In this document: piece after piece, positions 17,923-27,639 of the stretch
Position numbering within the stretch: position 1 is the stretch's first letter
Layout of the letters: each line of letters begins with the position of its first letter
Source: an uncultured Actinomycetes bacterium
Lineage (GTDB): Bacteria > Actinomycetota > Acidimicrobiia > IMCC26256 > PALSA-610
Assembly: GCA_963716525.1 (NCBI GenBank)
Contig: OY970315.1
Location: 4,395,034-4,459,033, forward strand
Direction: 5' to 3'
DNA: 64,000 nt
Translations under genes and position numbers: made by a program
The notes under the pieces: generated by a model
What the model saw: only the letters and a program-made list of their open reading frames with translations
Databases searched by the model: none
What the model was told of the DNA's origin: nothing

Positions 17923-19349
17923 TGACGCTCGTCTCCCACGTGCCGGCCGTGACGCGCTGGCGCAGGATCGCGGTCGCGACGGTCCTCGTCGTGGTGCTCG
18001 CGACCGGCTCGGTGGTCACCGTGCGGGCCTACCGGCACGACCAGAGCAAGATTCGCGCCGCTCGCCACGCGCTCGACGCCTCGCTCGCCCACGAGACGAG
18101 GCTGCGCGGCGACATCGCCGCCGCGCAACACGCCACTCAGCACGCGCGCGCACAGACGGCGGCGGATCGCCACGGCACGAGCAACGAGGAGGCATCCACC
18201 CGGCACGTGGCCGAGCGCGCGAACGAGGCGGTTCGCGCCACCGCCTCGGCGCGCCAGACGCTGCAGGCCTCGGCGTTCCAGCGCCTGGCGCTTGGTGTCA
18301 GCACCGCGCAGGCCCAGACGTGCCTGGGCCACGAACAGACTGCGATGCACCAGCTCCAGGCGGCGAACACGACTGCGGCAGTCGCGGCGTTGAACGCCGG
18401 AACCGCAACCTGCTCCGAGGCGCTGGCGGGAACCACCGGCGCCCGCTTCCCGTACGACTTCCCCGACCCGTTCGTGCTGACCGCCGGCGACCGCTATTAC
18501 GCGTTCTCGACGAACTCGGGCGCCGGCGACGTGCAGGTGATCACGTCGACGGACCTCGTGAACTGGACCCTGATCGGCGACGCGCTCACCGCTGTGCCGC
18601 CGTGGGCGAGCAGCGGAGCCACGTGGGCACCGGCCGTGCTGCACGTTCCTGCGGCGCCCGCACGGCCCGCCGGACCGGATACGCCAGCCGCCCCCGCAAA
18701 ACCCGATGCCTACGTCATGTACTACACGGTGCGCGACCGCGCCTCGGGCGCCGAGTGCGTGTCGTCCGCGGTGTCGGCCCTCCCGGCCGGGCCGTACTAC
18801 GACCGCACCGTGTCGCCGCTGGTGTGCGAGTCGGCCGACGGCGGATCGATCGACCCCACCCCCTTTGTCGACGGCGACGGCACGATGTGGCTGTTGTGGA
18901 AGCGGGAACGGGCCCGCCAGCCCGCCACCCTGCGGATCCAGCCGCTCAGCTCGAACGGGCGCTCGCTCACCGGGGCACCGTCCGATCTCCTGCAGAGCGA
19001 CCGCGCCTGGCAGCACGGCGTGATCGAGGCGCCGTCGATGATCCACACCTCCTCGGGCTACGTGCTGTTCTTCGCGGGTGGCCTGTGGAACACGGCCACC
19101 TACGCCACCGGTGTCGCCCGGTGCGACACACCGGTCGGCCCCTGCCACGAGTCCGGCTCGCCGGTCATGTCGAGCACCGCCACCGTGGCCGGCCCGGGCG
19201 GCGCATCCGTCTTCGCCGACCGCAACGGGGCGCTGTGGCTCGCCTACGCGTCGTATGTCGATCCGTTCGTCGGGTGGCCGTACAGTCGCACCCTGCGCTT
19301 CGCGCGTGTCACGATCGGCCCCGGCGGCGTCGCCGTCAGTCCGGCGTAG
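17919..19349 (+). CDS. membrane-anchored glycoside hydrolase family 43-like (five-bladed beta-propeller) protein
   Basis: From ATG 17919 within track ORF 17859..19349: a TM helix, a coiled-coil region paralogous to the preceding gene, then the GH43-like block FPDPFVLTAGDRYYAFSTN.., YVMYYT.., DPTPFVDGDGTMWLLWK.., IEAPSMI... Confidence 0.7.
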   Translation: MMTLVSHVPAVTRWRRIAVATVLVVVLATGSVVTVRAYRHDQSKIRAARHALDASLAHETRLRGDIAAAQHATQHARAQTAADRHGTSNEEASTRHVAERANEAVRATASARQTLQASAFQRLALGVSTAQAQTCLGHEQTAMHQLQAANTTAAVAALNAGTATCSEALAGTTGARFPYDFPDPFVLTAGDRYYAFSTNSGAGDVQVITSTDLVNWTLIGDALTAVPPWASSGATWAPAVLHVPAAPARPAGPDTPAAPAKPDAYVMYYTVRDRASGAECVSSAVSALPAGPYYDRTVSPLVCESADGGSIDPTPFVDGDGTMWLLWKRERARQPATLRIQPLSSNGRSLTGAPSDLLQSDRAWQHGVIEAPSMIHTSSGYVLFFAGGLWNTATYATGVARCDTPVGPCHESGSPVMSSTATVAGPGGASVFADRNGALWLAYASYVDPFVGWPYSRTLRFARVTIGPGGVAVSPA

Positions 19350-19438
19350 CGGGCCCCTCCCCACCAGCCCCCACGAGCGGGGTGCACGCAGCGCGTCTAC
19401 CGTTACGGATCCGCGCGCTGATCGAGGGAGAACACACC

Positions 19439-20818
19439 ATGTCGCACACGAACCGGTTGCTCGTCGCGGGCGCCGCGCTCTCGCTGGTGCTCGGGGCGTG
19501 CACCGAGAGCTCGAACACCACCACCTCGAACAGCACCGGCTCGGGGAGCACGCCCAGCTCGGCTCAAGGACCCACCACCACCGGCACGGGTTCGTCGGCC
19601 GACACGGCGTGGGCGCTCCAGTACACCGGGGGCAAAGCGGGCACGCCCAGCGGCACGCCGTTCAAGATCGGGTACGCGAACCAGGAGCAGCTGTTCCCCG
19701 AGGCCACGATCGGTTTCGACGCCGCGGTGAAGTACGCCAACGCCGAGCTCGGCGGCATCGACGGTCATCCGATCACCGTCGACAAATGCACGATCACCGT
19801 CGAGGAGGACGGGCAATCGTGCGGCACACGGTTCGCGAACGACGCGACGGTCAAGGCCGTGCTCACCGGCACACTGCTCGTGGGAGCGCAGGGGCTCTAC
19901 GCCGCGTTGAACGGCAAGAAGCCGGTGCTCATCGGCAACGGCCTCACCACCACCGACTTCACGACCACCGCGGGCTACTCGTTCACCGCTGGCGCGGTCG
20001 CCGTGGTCACCGGCATGGCGATGTACGTGTCCGACCAGTTCACGCCGAAACCGAAGAAGGTCGCGGTGATGTATGGCAACAACCCGTCCGCGCAAGGCGC
20101 CTACCAGTTGTTGATGCTGCCCGTGTTGAAGAAGGCCGGTATCCAAGTGGCGGGCGTGCAGGTCACCGACCCGGGCGGCACGGCGGCGCAAGTGCAGACC
20201 GCGATCCAGAACGTGGGTGCCGACACGGCCGACGTGTTCATCACGCTCACCACGCAACCGGAGTGCCTCGCCACCTATGACGCGATCCGGGCGCTCAACA
20301 TCCACCCCACGGTCGTCACGAGCGGCCTGTGCTTCGGCACGCCCATGACGAAGCACATCCAGGCCGCAGGCGAGAAGGGCGTGATGCCCGACGGCTGGTA
20401 CTTCGGCGACTACGGGTACCACTACTACATCCCCGACGCGAAGTCCGGTATGCAGACGTACATCGACAAGGTGAAGCAGTACGGCACGCCGGCGCCGGGC
20501 GCCAGCACGCTCGAGTACACCGGTTTCGCGGGCCCGACGTTCGCCAACGTGCTGACGCTCGTCAAGTTCGCCGACACGCTCGGTTACGGCAACACCACGA
20601 CGCAGTCGCTGTTCGCGCAGATCCGCTCGTTCAAGGGTCCGATGATGCTCCAGGTCGGGCCGATCGACTGCGGGCACGTCACCGTCGCCGGCCAGAAGCT
20701 GTTCGTCGCGTTGTGCGCGTCGCAGATGGGCATCCTCCTCTACAAGGATCTCAAGTGGACAGAGATCGCCGGGGGCCTGAAGGACAACTCGATCGACGCG
20801 TCGAAGGCAAAGGTGTGA
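19439..20818 (+). CDS. ABC transporter substrate-binding lipoprotein (branched-chain amino acid / LivJ-like type)
   Basis: ATG 19439 is preceded by GAGGGAG. A lipobox is present (LSLVLGAC), followed by a Ser/Thr linker and a periplasmic-binding-protein type I body (FKIGYANQE.., KKVAVMYGNN..). Confidence 0.85.
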   Translation: MSHTNRLLVAGAALSLVLGACTESSNTTTSNSTGSGSTPSSAQGPTTTGTGSSADTAWALQYTGGKAGTPSGTPFKIGYANQEQLFPEATIGFDAAVKYANAELGGIDGHPITVDKCTITVEEDGQSCGTRFANDATVKAVLTGTLLVGAQGLYAALNGKKPVLIGNGLTTTDFTTTAGYSFTAGAVAVVTGMAMYVSDQFTPKPKKVAVMYGNNPSAQGAYQLLMLPVLKKAGIQVAGVQVTDPGGTAAQVQTAIQNVGADTADVFITLTTQPECLATYDAIRALNIHPTVVTSGLCFGTPMTKHIQAAGEKGVMPDGWYFGDYGYHYYIPDAKSGMQTYIDKVKQYGTPAPGASTLEYTGFAGPTFANVLTLVKFADTLGYGNTTTQSLFAQIRSFKGPMMLQVGPIDCGHVTVAGQKLFVALCASQMGILLYKDLKWTEIAGGLKDNSIDASKAKV

Positions 20819-20828
20819 TCGGCCGGTC

Positions 20829-23144
20829 GTGAGCCAGACCACCGACGTCGAGGCGACGCCCCCGGCAACCGGCAGTAGCGCGGCACCGCGCCGCCTCGAC
20901 GCGGCGCGCGCCTTGCGGTGGGTCGCCGTCGCGGTCGGTATCGCGCTCCTGCTGCGCGTGCTGCTCACGCGCGACATGCGGCTCCACTTCATCACCGGCG
21001 CCAGCCTCACCCAGGGCGCGCTCGTCGCTGCGATTGCGCTCGGCGTGGTGCTCACCTATCGGGGCTCGGGGGTCGTCAACTTCGCGACCGGGGCGACGGC
21101 GATGTACGCCGCGTACGTGTACACCGACCTGCGGATGAACGGCCGGCTGTTCATCCCGCCGCTCCCGAACCCGCTCGCGCCGATCGAGTGGGTCGCGCAC
21201 CACCTCGACAAGAAGTCGACGCTCACGGTGCCGCACTGGCCCACGTACATCGACTTCGGCGGGCGGCTCACGCTCGTGTCGGCGCTGCTGATCTCGCTCG
21301 TGTTCGGCGTGGTGTTCGGCCTGGCGCTGCACTTCCTGATCTTCCGCCCGCTCCGCCACGCCCCGCCGCTCGCGAAGGTCGTCGCGTCGGTCGGCGTGCT
21401 GCTACTCCTGCAGGCCGTCGTCGTACGCCGCTTCGGCAGTGGCGCGCAGGCGACCCAGCTGAACCAGGGCACCCCGAAGGAGGTGAAGTTCCCGTTCGGC
21501 GTCACGATGAACACGGAGCAGGTCACGGTCGCGGTGATCGTGATCGTGTTCACCGTGTTGTTGTGGGGCGTCTTCCGGTTCACGCGCTTCGGCCTGGCCA
21601 CGCGAGCCGCGGCGGAGAACGAGAAGGGGGCGATGCTGCTCGGCTTCTCGCCCGACTACCTCGCCGGCACGAACTGGGTGCTGTCGAGCGTGATCTCGGC
21701 CCTGCTCGGCATCCTCGTTGCCGGCAGCCAGAAGTCGGTCGACCCGCTCACGATCACGCTGCTCGTGATCCCGGCGCTCAGCGTCGCGCTCGTCGGCAAC
21801 CTCACGTCGTTCGGCGTCACCACGGCGGCCGCGTTCGGGCTGGCGATGACCCAGGCGCTCATCGGCTACTTCCAGAACCACACGTGGTACCCGGTGGCCG
21901 CGGGGGCCTCATTGCCCGGCGTCGCCGACCTATTGCCCTTCCTCGTGATCGTCGCGGTGCTGTTCTTCCGGGGCCGAGCGTTGCCCACCCGAGGCGCGGT
22001 CTCGGCCGGGCGCTTGCCGTTCGCGCCGAACCCCAGCCGCGTGAGCACGCACATCGTGGCCCCCGTCACCGTGGCCTTCTGCGCGCTCATGCTGATGTTC
22101 GTCGCCACCCCGAATGCCCGGCTCGCGATCATGACCTCCCTCATCGGCGTCGTGATCAGCCTCTCGTTTGTGGTGCTCACCGGCTACGTCGGCCAGATCT
22201 CCCTCGCCCAGATGATGCTGGCCGGCGTCAGCGGCTTCATGCTCTCGAAGCTGAGCGGGCACGGCATTCACCTCTATGCACACACGCTCGTTCCCGCGAT
22301 GCCGTTCCCGCTGAACGCGCTCGTCGGTGCGCTCGTCGCCATGCTCGTGGGCCTGATCGCTGCACAGCCGGCGCTGCGCGTCCGCGGCGTGAACCTCGCC
22401 ATCATCACGTTCGCGTTCGCGGTGGCGATGGACGCGTTCCTGTTCCAGAACCCCGGCGTGAACGGTGGCTTCGCCGGCGCGCCCATCAAGGTGCCCACTG
22501 GCATCAACCCCGTGAAGACCGCGGTGATCGGAAACGGCTCGGGCGCCAACGTGTGGTTCGGCATCTTCTGCCTCGCGGTGGTCACCGTGCTCGGTGCAGC
22601 CGTGGTGAACCTGCGCCGATCGGCGACCGGTCGGCGCCTGCTCGCGACGCGCTCGAACGAGCGGGCCGCCGCGGCCGCGGGGGTCGACGTCGCGGCCACC
22701 AAGCGCACGGCATTCGCGATCGCCGCGTTCATCGCCGGCCTCGGCGGCGCGCTCGTCGGCATCCGGCTCGGCAAGGCCGACGTCGCCTACTTCGGCGACC
22801 TGCCGCCGGCGCTCAGCCCGCAGTCGCTCACCGTGTTCGCGTTCGCGTACCTGGGGGGCATCGCGTGCATCAGCGGGGCGATCACCGCCGGCCTGCTGGT
22901 GCCGGGTGGTGTGGTCTTCTACCTCCTGCAGACCGACTTCCACGTGTCGCCCGACTTCACGCTCATTCTCGGCAGCCTGGGCGTCATCGCGACTGCGGTG
23001 CTGAACCCCGAGGGCATCGCCGGCGGTGTCGTCGCATCACTGCGCGACCGCGCCCGGCGCCGCGCGGCGACTGCACCGAACCCGCCGGGTAACGCTGCCG
23101 CGGCTGCCGCCGCCACCACGGCACGGCCAGGAGCGCAGCCGTGA
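20829..23144 (+). CDS. fused LivH/LivM-type ABC transporter permease
   Basis: Track ORF of 771 aa with a GTG start. It has two successive branched-chain permease modules with many TM helices. Confidence 0.85.
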   Translation: MSQTTDVEATPPATGSSAAPRRLDAARALRWVAVAVGIALLLRVLLTRDMRLHFITGASLTQGALVAAIALGVVLTYRGSGVVNFATGATAMYAAYVYTDLRMNGRLFIPPLPNPLAPIEWVAHHLDKKSTLTVPHWPTYIDFGGRLTLVSALLISLVFGVVFGLALHFLIFRPLRHAPPLAKVVASVGVLLLLQAVVVRRFGSGAQATQLNQGTPKEVKFPFGVTMNTEQVTVAVIVIVFTVLLWGVFRFTRFGLATRAAAENEKGAMLLGFSPDYLAGTNWVLSSVISALLGILVAGSQKSVDPLTITLLVIPALSVALVGNLTSFGVTTAAAFGLAMTQALIGYFQNHTWYPVAAGASLPGVADLLPFLVIVAVLFFRGRALPTRGAVSAGRLPFAPNPSRVSTHIVAPVTVAFCALMLMFVATPNARLAIMTSLIGVVISLSFVVLTGYVGQISLAQMMLAGVSGFMLSKLSGHGIHLYAHTLVPAMPFPLNALVGALVAMLVGLIAAQPALRVRGVNLAIITFAFAVAMDAFLFQNPGVNGGFAGAPIKVPTGINPVKTAVIGNGSGANVWFGIFCLAVVTVLGAAVVNLRRSATGRRLLATRSNERAAAAAGVDVAATKRTAFAIAAFIAGLGGALVGIRLGKADVAYFGDLPPALSPQSLTVFAFAYLGGIACISGAITAGLLVPGGVVFYLLQTDFHVSPDFTLILGSLGVIATAVLNPEGIAGGVVASLRDRARRRAATAPNPPGNAAAAAAATTARPGAQP

Positions 23145-23905
23145 GCGCCCTGCTCGAGACCTCGGCCCTGCGGGTGACGTTCGGCGGGCTCCGCGCGGTC
23201 GACGACCTCGACATGCGCGTCGACGCCGGTCAGCTCGTGGGGCTCATCGGACCGAATGGCGCCGGCAAGACAACCACGATCGACGCCATCACCGGCTTCG
23301 TGCCCGCGACCGGAGAGGTCACCTTCGACGGCACGCCCATGAACCGGCTTCCTGCACACCGCCGGGCCCGGTCCGGTCTCACCCGCACCTGGCAATCGCT
23401 CGAGCTCTTCGACGAGCTCACGATCGTCGAGAACCTGCTCGTCGCATCCGAGCAGGCGACGCTGCGCGACGTGTTCTTCGACCTCGTGGCCCCGCAACGC
23501 CGCCGTGACGACGCCGCAGCGATGCACGCGTTGAACGTGCTCGGGATCGCGCACCTTCGCGACCGCATGCCCACGGAGATCAGCCAGGGGCAGCGCAAGC
23601 TCGTCGGTGTGGCGCGGGCCCTCGCGGCGGTCCCGAGGCTCGTGTGCATGGACGAGCCCGCGGCCGGCCTCGACACCCGTGAGTCCGTCGAGCTCGGCGA
23701 GCGGCTCCGCACGGTCGTCGACTCAGGTGTCACGATCCTGCTCGTCGACCACGACATGGGCCTCGTGCTCAACGTGTGCGACTACATCTACGTCATCGAG
23801 TTCGGCAAGAAGATCGCCGAAGGCACACCGTCCGATGTCGTGCGGAACGACCGTGTGATCGAGGCCTACCTCGGCGCCGCGCACCGCGACGGGGAGAAGG
23901 CATGA
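23141..23905 (+). CDS. ABC transporter ATP-binding protein (LivG-like)
   Basis: Walker A is GLIGPNGAGKTT and Walker B is LVCMDEPAAGLD. There is a 4-nt overlap with the permease gene. Confidence 0.9.
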   Translation: MSALLETSALRVTFGGLRAVDDLDMRVDAGQLVGLIGPNGAGKTTTIDAITGFVPATGEVTFDGTPMNRLPAHRRARSGLTRTWQSLELFDELTIVENLLVASEQATLRDVFFDLVAPQRRRDDAAAMHALNVLGIAHLRDRMPTEISQGQRKLVGVARALAAVPRLVCMDEPAAGLDTRESVELGERLRTVVDSGVTILLVDHDMGLVLNVCDYIYVIEFGKKIAEGTPSDVVRNDRVIEAYLGAAHRDGEKA

Positions 23906-24639
23906 GCAACGTGCTCGAGATCGATGCGCTGTCCGGCGGCTACGGCGGCGTCGCGGTCGTGCGCGACCTGAGCCTCACGGTCGGTGAGGGAGAGGTCGTC
24001 GCGCTGCTCGGTCCGAACGGCGCCGGCAAGACCACGACGCTGCTCACCGTCTCGGGGATCCTGCCGATGCTCGCGGGCGACGTGCGGATGCAGCGCCAGA
24101 GCCTCCGCAAGCGGCCGCCGCACAAGATCGCCCGCCTCGGCATCGCGCACGTTCCCGAGGACCGCTCATTGTTCTTCCAGCTCACGGTGAGCGAGAACCT
24201 CAGGCTCGGCGCGTCGCACGGATCGGCGGACGTCGAACGGGCCTTGCACTACTTCCCCGCGCTCGAACCCCTGATGGACCGGCGTGCGGGGCTGCTGTCC
24301 GGTGGCGAGCAGCAGATGCTCGCCATGGGCCGGGCGCTCACGGTGCGACCCCGGCTCCTCATCGTCGACGAGATGAGCCTCGGTCTCGCTCCGATCATCG
24401 TGGAGCGCCTGTTGCCCGTGCTCCGCACCGTCGCCGACGACACCGGCGCGGGTGTCTTGATCGTGGAACAACACGTCGACCTCGCGCTGGAGATCGCCGA
24501 CCGTGCATACGTGCTCTCGCACGGCGACCTGGTGCTCGAGAACGACGCCGCATACTTGCGCGCGAACCGTGAGCTCCTCGAGTCGAGCTACCTCGGCGGT
24601 CAGGTGCTTCCCGACGCCGGCGACACGCCCACCCAATGA
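23902..24639 (+). CDS. ABC transporter ATP-binding protein (LivF-like)
   Basis: ATG 23902 forms an ATGA overlap with the preceding gene. ALLGPNGAGKTT, LSGGEQQML and LLIVDEMSLGL are present. Confidence 0.9.
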   Translation: MSNVLEIDALSGGYGGVAVVRDLSLTVGEGEVVALLGPNGAGKTTTLLTVSGILPMLAGDVRMQRQSLRKRPPHKIARLGIAHVPEDRSLFFQLTVSENLRLGASHGSADVERALHYFPALEPLMDRRAGLLSGGEQQMLAMGRALTVRPRLLIVDEMSLGLAPIIVERLLPVLRTVADDTGAGVLIVEQHVDLALEIADRAYVLSHGDLVLENDAAYLRANRELLESSYLGGQVLPDAGDTPTQ

Positions 24640-24667
24640 CCAGTCCGAACCAAACGAAGTAGGGACG

Positions 24668-25810
24668 ATGGACAACGATGAGGAGCGGATCGCGTTGTTC
24701 CTCGACTACGAGAACCTCGCGATCGGCGCCGAGGAGCAACTGCACCTCGACCATCTCGACTTTCAACCGATCGCCGACGCGCTCGCCGAGCGCGGACGAG
24801 TGGTCGTACGGCGCGCGTATGCCGACTGGGTGCGTTTCGACGAGGATCGTCGCGAGCTCACGCGGCACCACGTCGAGCTCATCGAGATCCCGCAGCGGAT
24901 GGGCTCGGTACGCAAGAACGCCGCCGACATCAAGATGGCCGTCGACGCCGTGGAACTGTGCTTCGAGCGCGAATACATCACCACCTACGTGCTGGGCACG
25001 GGCGACAGCGACTTCACGCCTCTCGTGCACAAGCTCCGCGAGCTCAACCGCCGGGTGATCGGCATCGGTGTGGAGGCGTCGACCTCGGCGCTGCTTCCGG
25101 CGGCGTGCGACGAGTTCCTGTTCTACGAGCGACTCGACGGGGTGGACCTCGACCGCACGGCGCGGCGCGGCGCCAAGACGGCGCGGGCGAAGAAGTCGAC
25201 ACGAGGCCGCGCCGACCGCGACACCGACACGGCAGTCGACGCCGAGGTTGATGCCGAGCCGGCGCACCGCGCCCGCGGCAACGGCGACGACGAGGGCGCG
25301 TTGAGCTCGCTCGTGACGCGCACCCTCGCCGGCCTCCAGCGCACTGCGAGCGGCCCGGTGCTCGCGTCACAGCTCAAGCGCGCGCTGCTCCGCAAGGACC
25401 CCACATTCACCGAGACCACGTACGGCTTTCGCAGCTTCGGCGAGCTGCTACGCCATCTCGAGGTGCACCACGCGGTGTCGCTGGGCGACAGCAGCGCCAC
25501 CGGCGATCCGGAGGTCACGCTCCACGCGGGCGCCGGCGCCGAGCAGCAGGCGTTCGAGAACCTTCGCGCGGTCGTCGTGAAGCTCACGGCACGCACCGGT
25601 GCGCCCCACCTCTCGGGGCTCAAGACGCAGCTGCGCAAGCTCGAGCCCGACTTCAGCGAGAAGCGATTCGGTTACGGCGGCTTCCTGCAGTTTTGCAAGG
25701 CCGCGCGCGCCCGCGGGCTCATCGAGATGGAGTGGAACGCGGACGCCGACGACTACGTCGTGTATCCGGGTGCTGCAGAAGCCGTTACCGACGAGGCGGC
25801 ACACAGCTGA
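24668..25810 (+). CDS. NYN-domain (LabA-like PIN-type nuclease) protein with two C-terminal OST-HTH/LOTUS-like repeats
   Basis: The start is ATG 24668. The NYN core is IALFLDYENL...AADIKMAVD...LGTGDSDFTPLV. Two repeats are present: ..LASQLKRALLRKDPTFTETTYGFRSFGELL.. and ..LSGLKTQLRKLEPDFSEKRFGYGGFLQFCK... Confidence 0.75.
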   Translation: MDNDEERIALFLDYENLAIGAEEQLHLDHLDFQPIADALAERGRVVVRRAYADWVRFDEDRRELTRHHVELIEIPQRMGSVRKNAADIKMAVDAVELCFEREYITTYVLGTGDSDFTPLVHKLRELNRRVIGIGVEASTSALLPAACDEFLFYERLDGVDLDRTARRGAKTARAKKSTRGRADRDTDTAVDAEVDAEPAHRARGNGDDEGALSSLVTRTLAGLQRTASGPVLASQLKRALLRKDPTFTETTYGFRSFGELLRHLEVHHAVSLGDSSATGDPEVTLHAGAGAEQQAFENLRAVVVKLTARTGAPHLSGLKTQLRKLEPDFSEKRFGYGGFLQFCKAARARGLIEMEWNADADDYVVYPGAAEAVTDEAAHS

Positions 25811-25877
25811 GGGCGCATCCCCTGCACGCATCGGGTGCGTGCGCTACGCCGGACCCCACCGAGGAACGAGACACGGC

Positions 25878-25904
25878 GGCAGCCGGCCCGAGGGGCCGGC
25901 TGCC
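25878..25904. terminator. bidirectional intrinsic-terminator-like hairpin between the convergent NYN gene and cspA
   Basis: GGCAGCCGGCCC-GAG-GGGCCGGCTGCC forms a perfect 12-bp stem with a 3-nt loop. It lies 11 nt from the cspA stop. There is no U-tract, which is usual for actinobacterial hairpins. Confidence 0.55.
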
Positions 25905-25915
25905 CCACCGGTATC

Positions 25916-26116
25916 TCAGATCACGCGGACGTTCTGGGCCTCCTCGCCCTTACGGCCGGGGGCCGTGTCGAACTCCACCTTCTGCCCCTCTTCGAGCGTG
26001 CGGAAGCCGCTTCCCGCAATCGCGGAGTAGTGCACGAAGACGTCGTCCGCGCCTTCGCGCGAGATGAAGCCGAAGCCCTTCTCGCCGTTGAACCACTTGA
26101 CCGTACCGGTTGCCAT
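25916..26116 (-). CDS. cspA: cold-shock protein (CspA family)
   Basis: The 66-aa sequence [18 protein letters not shown] (RNP1) ...DVFVHYS (RNP2) is a full-length CSD. GGAGA lies upstream of the ATG. Confidence 0.95.
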   Translation of the reverse strand: MATGTVKWFNGEKGFGFISREGADDVFVHYSAIAGSGFRTLEEGQKVEFDTAPGRKGEEAQNVRVI

Positions 26117-26284
26117 TGAATGTCTCCAAAGCGCTGTGTGCTTGCGCGCGCCGCAGCTCGCGACGCGCTGGCGGGGATGGTAGCTGGCGCCGCGAGGCCG
26201 TGCAGGTCTCGGGCCGGGACCGGCGGCGCGGGCATGGGAGACGGCGGCCGGCGCGTCACGCGGGGCGGGCGCGTCACGGCGCGG

Positions 26285-26497
26285 TCAGGGAAGGCGACCC
26301 TCGCCCTGTTGGTGCGCGCCCCGCTCGGCCATCTCCTCGTAATGCTCACCGGCGCCCCCGTCGCGCGGCGCCCGCTCCGCGTCCTGCTGCTCCTCGGCCG
26401 TGGGTGCGCGGTCAGGCACGTGGGCGCGGCGCGATTCGCCTTCCTCGGCGGCCCGGGTGGCATCCGACGGCGTTGTCTCGTGTCGATCACCGGCCAT
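26285..26497 (-). CDS. hypothetical small hydrophilic/acidic protein
   Basis: This is a 70-aa track ORF with about 80 % GC at third codon positions by hand count. No family was recognised. Confidence 0.35.
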   Translation of the reverse strand: MAGDRHETTPSDATRAAEEGESRRAHVPDRAPTAEEQQDAERAPRDGGAGEHYEEMAERGAHQQGEGRLP

Positions 26498-26573
26498 GCG
26501 TACTCCTCATCGGTCATCCGGTCGGAGAGCTCGCGCCCGCACGAGCACGAGCCTCCACGGTGGCGTGTGGGGT

Positions 26574-27521
26574 CTACCCAGCCCGCCGCCGCGGCATTCC
26601 GCCGGCCGGCGCACCGGGTTCGGTCCCTTCGGTGCGAGCGGGCCCGCCGGCCGCGCGCTCGGGCGGTCGCACGAGGCTGCGCGGCCAGAGCCGGCGCGCC
26701 CGTACGACATTGATCTCCGCCGCGTACAGCACGACCTGGGCCAGCAGGTAGATCCACGTGAGGAGGCCGATCACGATCGCGAACATGCCGTACGTCTGGC
26801 TCATGCCGCGTACACCGTGTTCGATGTAGAGCCCGCCGAACGTGTCGAGCACCTGGAAGACGATCCCTGCCGGTATCGCGCCGGGCAGGTGCTGGCGCCA
26901 GCCGATGCCGGCCGTAGTGAGCATCCGGAACGCGACGACGAACAGCGCCACCTGCAGCGCGGTCACCGCGATCTCCACGAGCACGGTGCCGAGAATGCCG
27001 AACGCGGTCACTGCGCCGCCCGCGGTTGCGAGCACCGTGGTCGCCAGCACCCCGAGACCGATCGTTGCGATCAGCCCGAGGCTGCGCAGCAGCCGAGGAA
27101 CGAAGCCGGGGCGTTCACCGTCAGGTACGGCCCACACCCGGTTCATGGCGTACTGCGCCGCATTCGCGATACCGAGGCCGCCCCACAGGGTGCCGAGCAG
27201 TCCGACAACGAGACCGAACACCGACCCGTGCAACGACGAGACGTTGCCCGCTATCTGCGAGCCGAGCACCGGGAAGTCGGCGAGCGCTGAATTCACCACG
27301 TGGTGCTGCAACCCCGGGTGGCCGTGCAACACGAAACCGAGCACGGTGACGGCCACCAGCAGCAGTGGGAAGAGGCTCAGGAACCCGTAGTACGCGAGCA
27401 GGGCTGCGAGGCGGCCCGCACCGTCGTCGCCGTACTTCTTCACCACGCCGTACGTGAACGCGGTCGCCGGGTGCCGCTGCTGGAAGCGGTCGGTGCGTTC
27501 GACGAACCCTCGAGGACTCAT
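26574..27521 (-). CDS. YihY/BrkB family membrane protein
   Basis: From ATG 27521 (MSPRGFVERTDRFQQ..): AALLAYYGFLSLFPLLL.., ..YGMFAIVIGLLTWIYLLAQVVLYAAEIN. Confidence 0.8.
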   Translation of the reverse strand: MSPRGFVERTDRFQQRHPATAFTYGVVKKYGDDGAGRLAALLAYYGFLSLFPLLLVAVTVLGFVLHGHPGLQHHVVNSALADFPVLGSQIAGNVSSLHGSVFGLVVGLLGTLWGGLGIANAAQYAMNRVWAVPDGERPGFVPRLLRSLGLIATIGLGVLATTVLATAGGAVTAFGILGTVLVEIAVTALQVALFVVAFRMLTTAGIGWRQHLPGAIPAGIVFQVLDTFGGLYIEHGVRGMSQTYGMFAIVIGLLTWIYLLAQVVLYAAEINVVRARRLWPRSLVRPPERAAGGPARTEGTEPGAPAGGMPRRRAG

Positions 27522-27639
27522 CCGCGCATGGGTACCCAGACGGAGACAGACGGACACCACGATGTGCCGGCGCGACCGTCTCCCGGCGCGCGACGATGCG
27601 GCCGTGCACGACGGCTCGTGGACGCCGAAGGTCGCCCGC

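Noticed and set aside
17259-19364. Long N-terminal extension of track ORF 16419..19364 (981 aa); similar extensions occur in ORFs 311..3118, 434..3154, 8262..10193, 17705..20818 and 29988..32414.
   Set aside because: Family similarity begins only at the internal start sites reported in the features. The upstream parts overlap better-supported genes on the other strand or in another frame.
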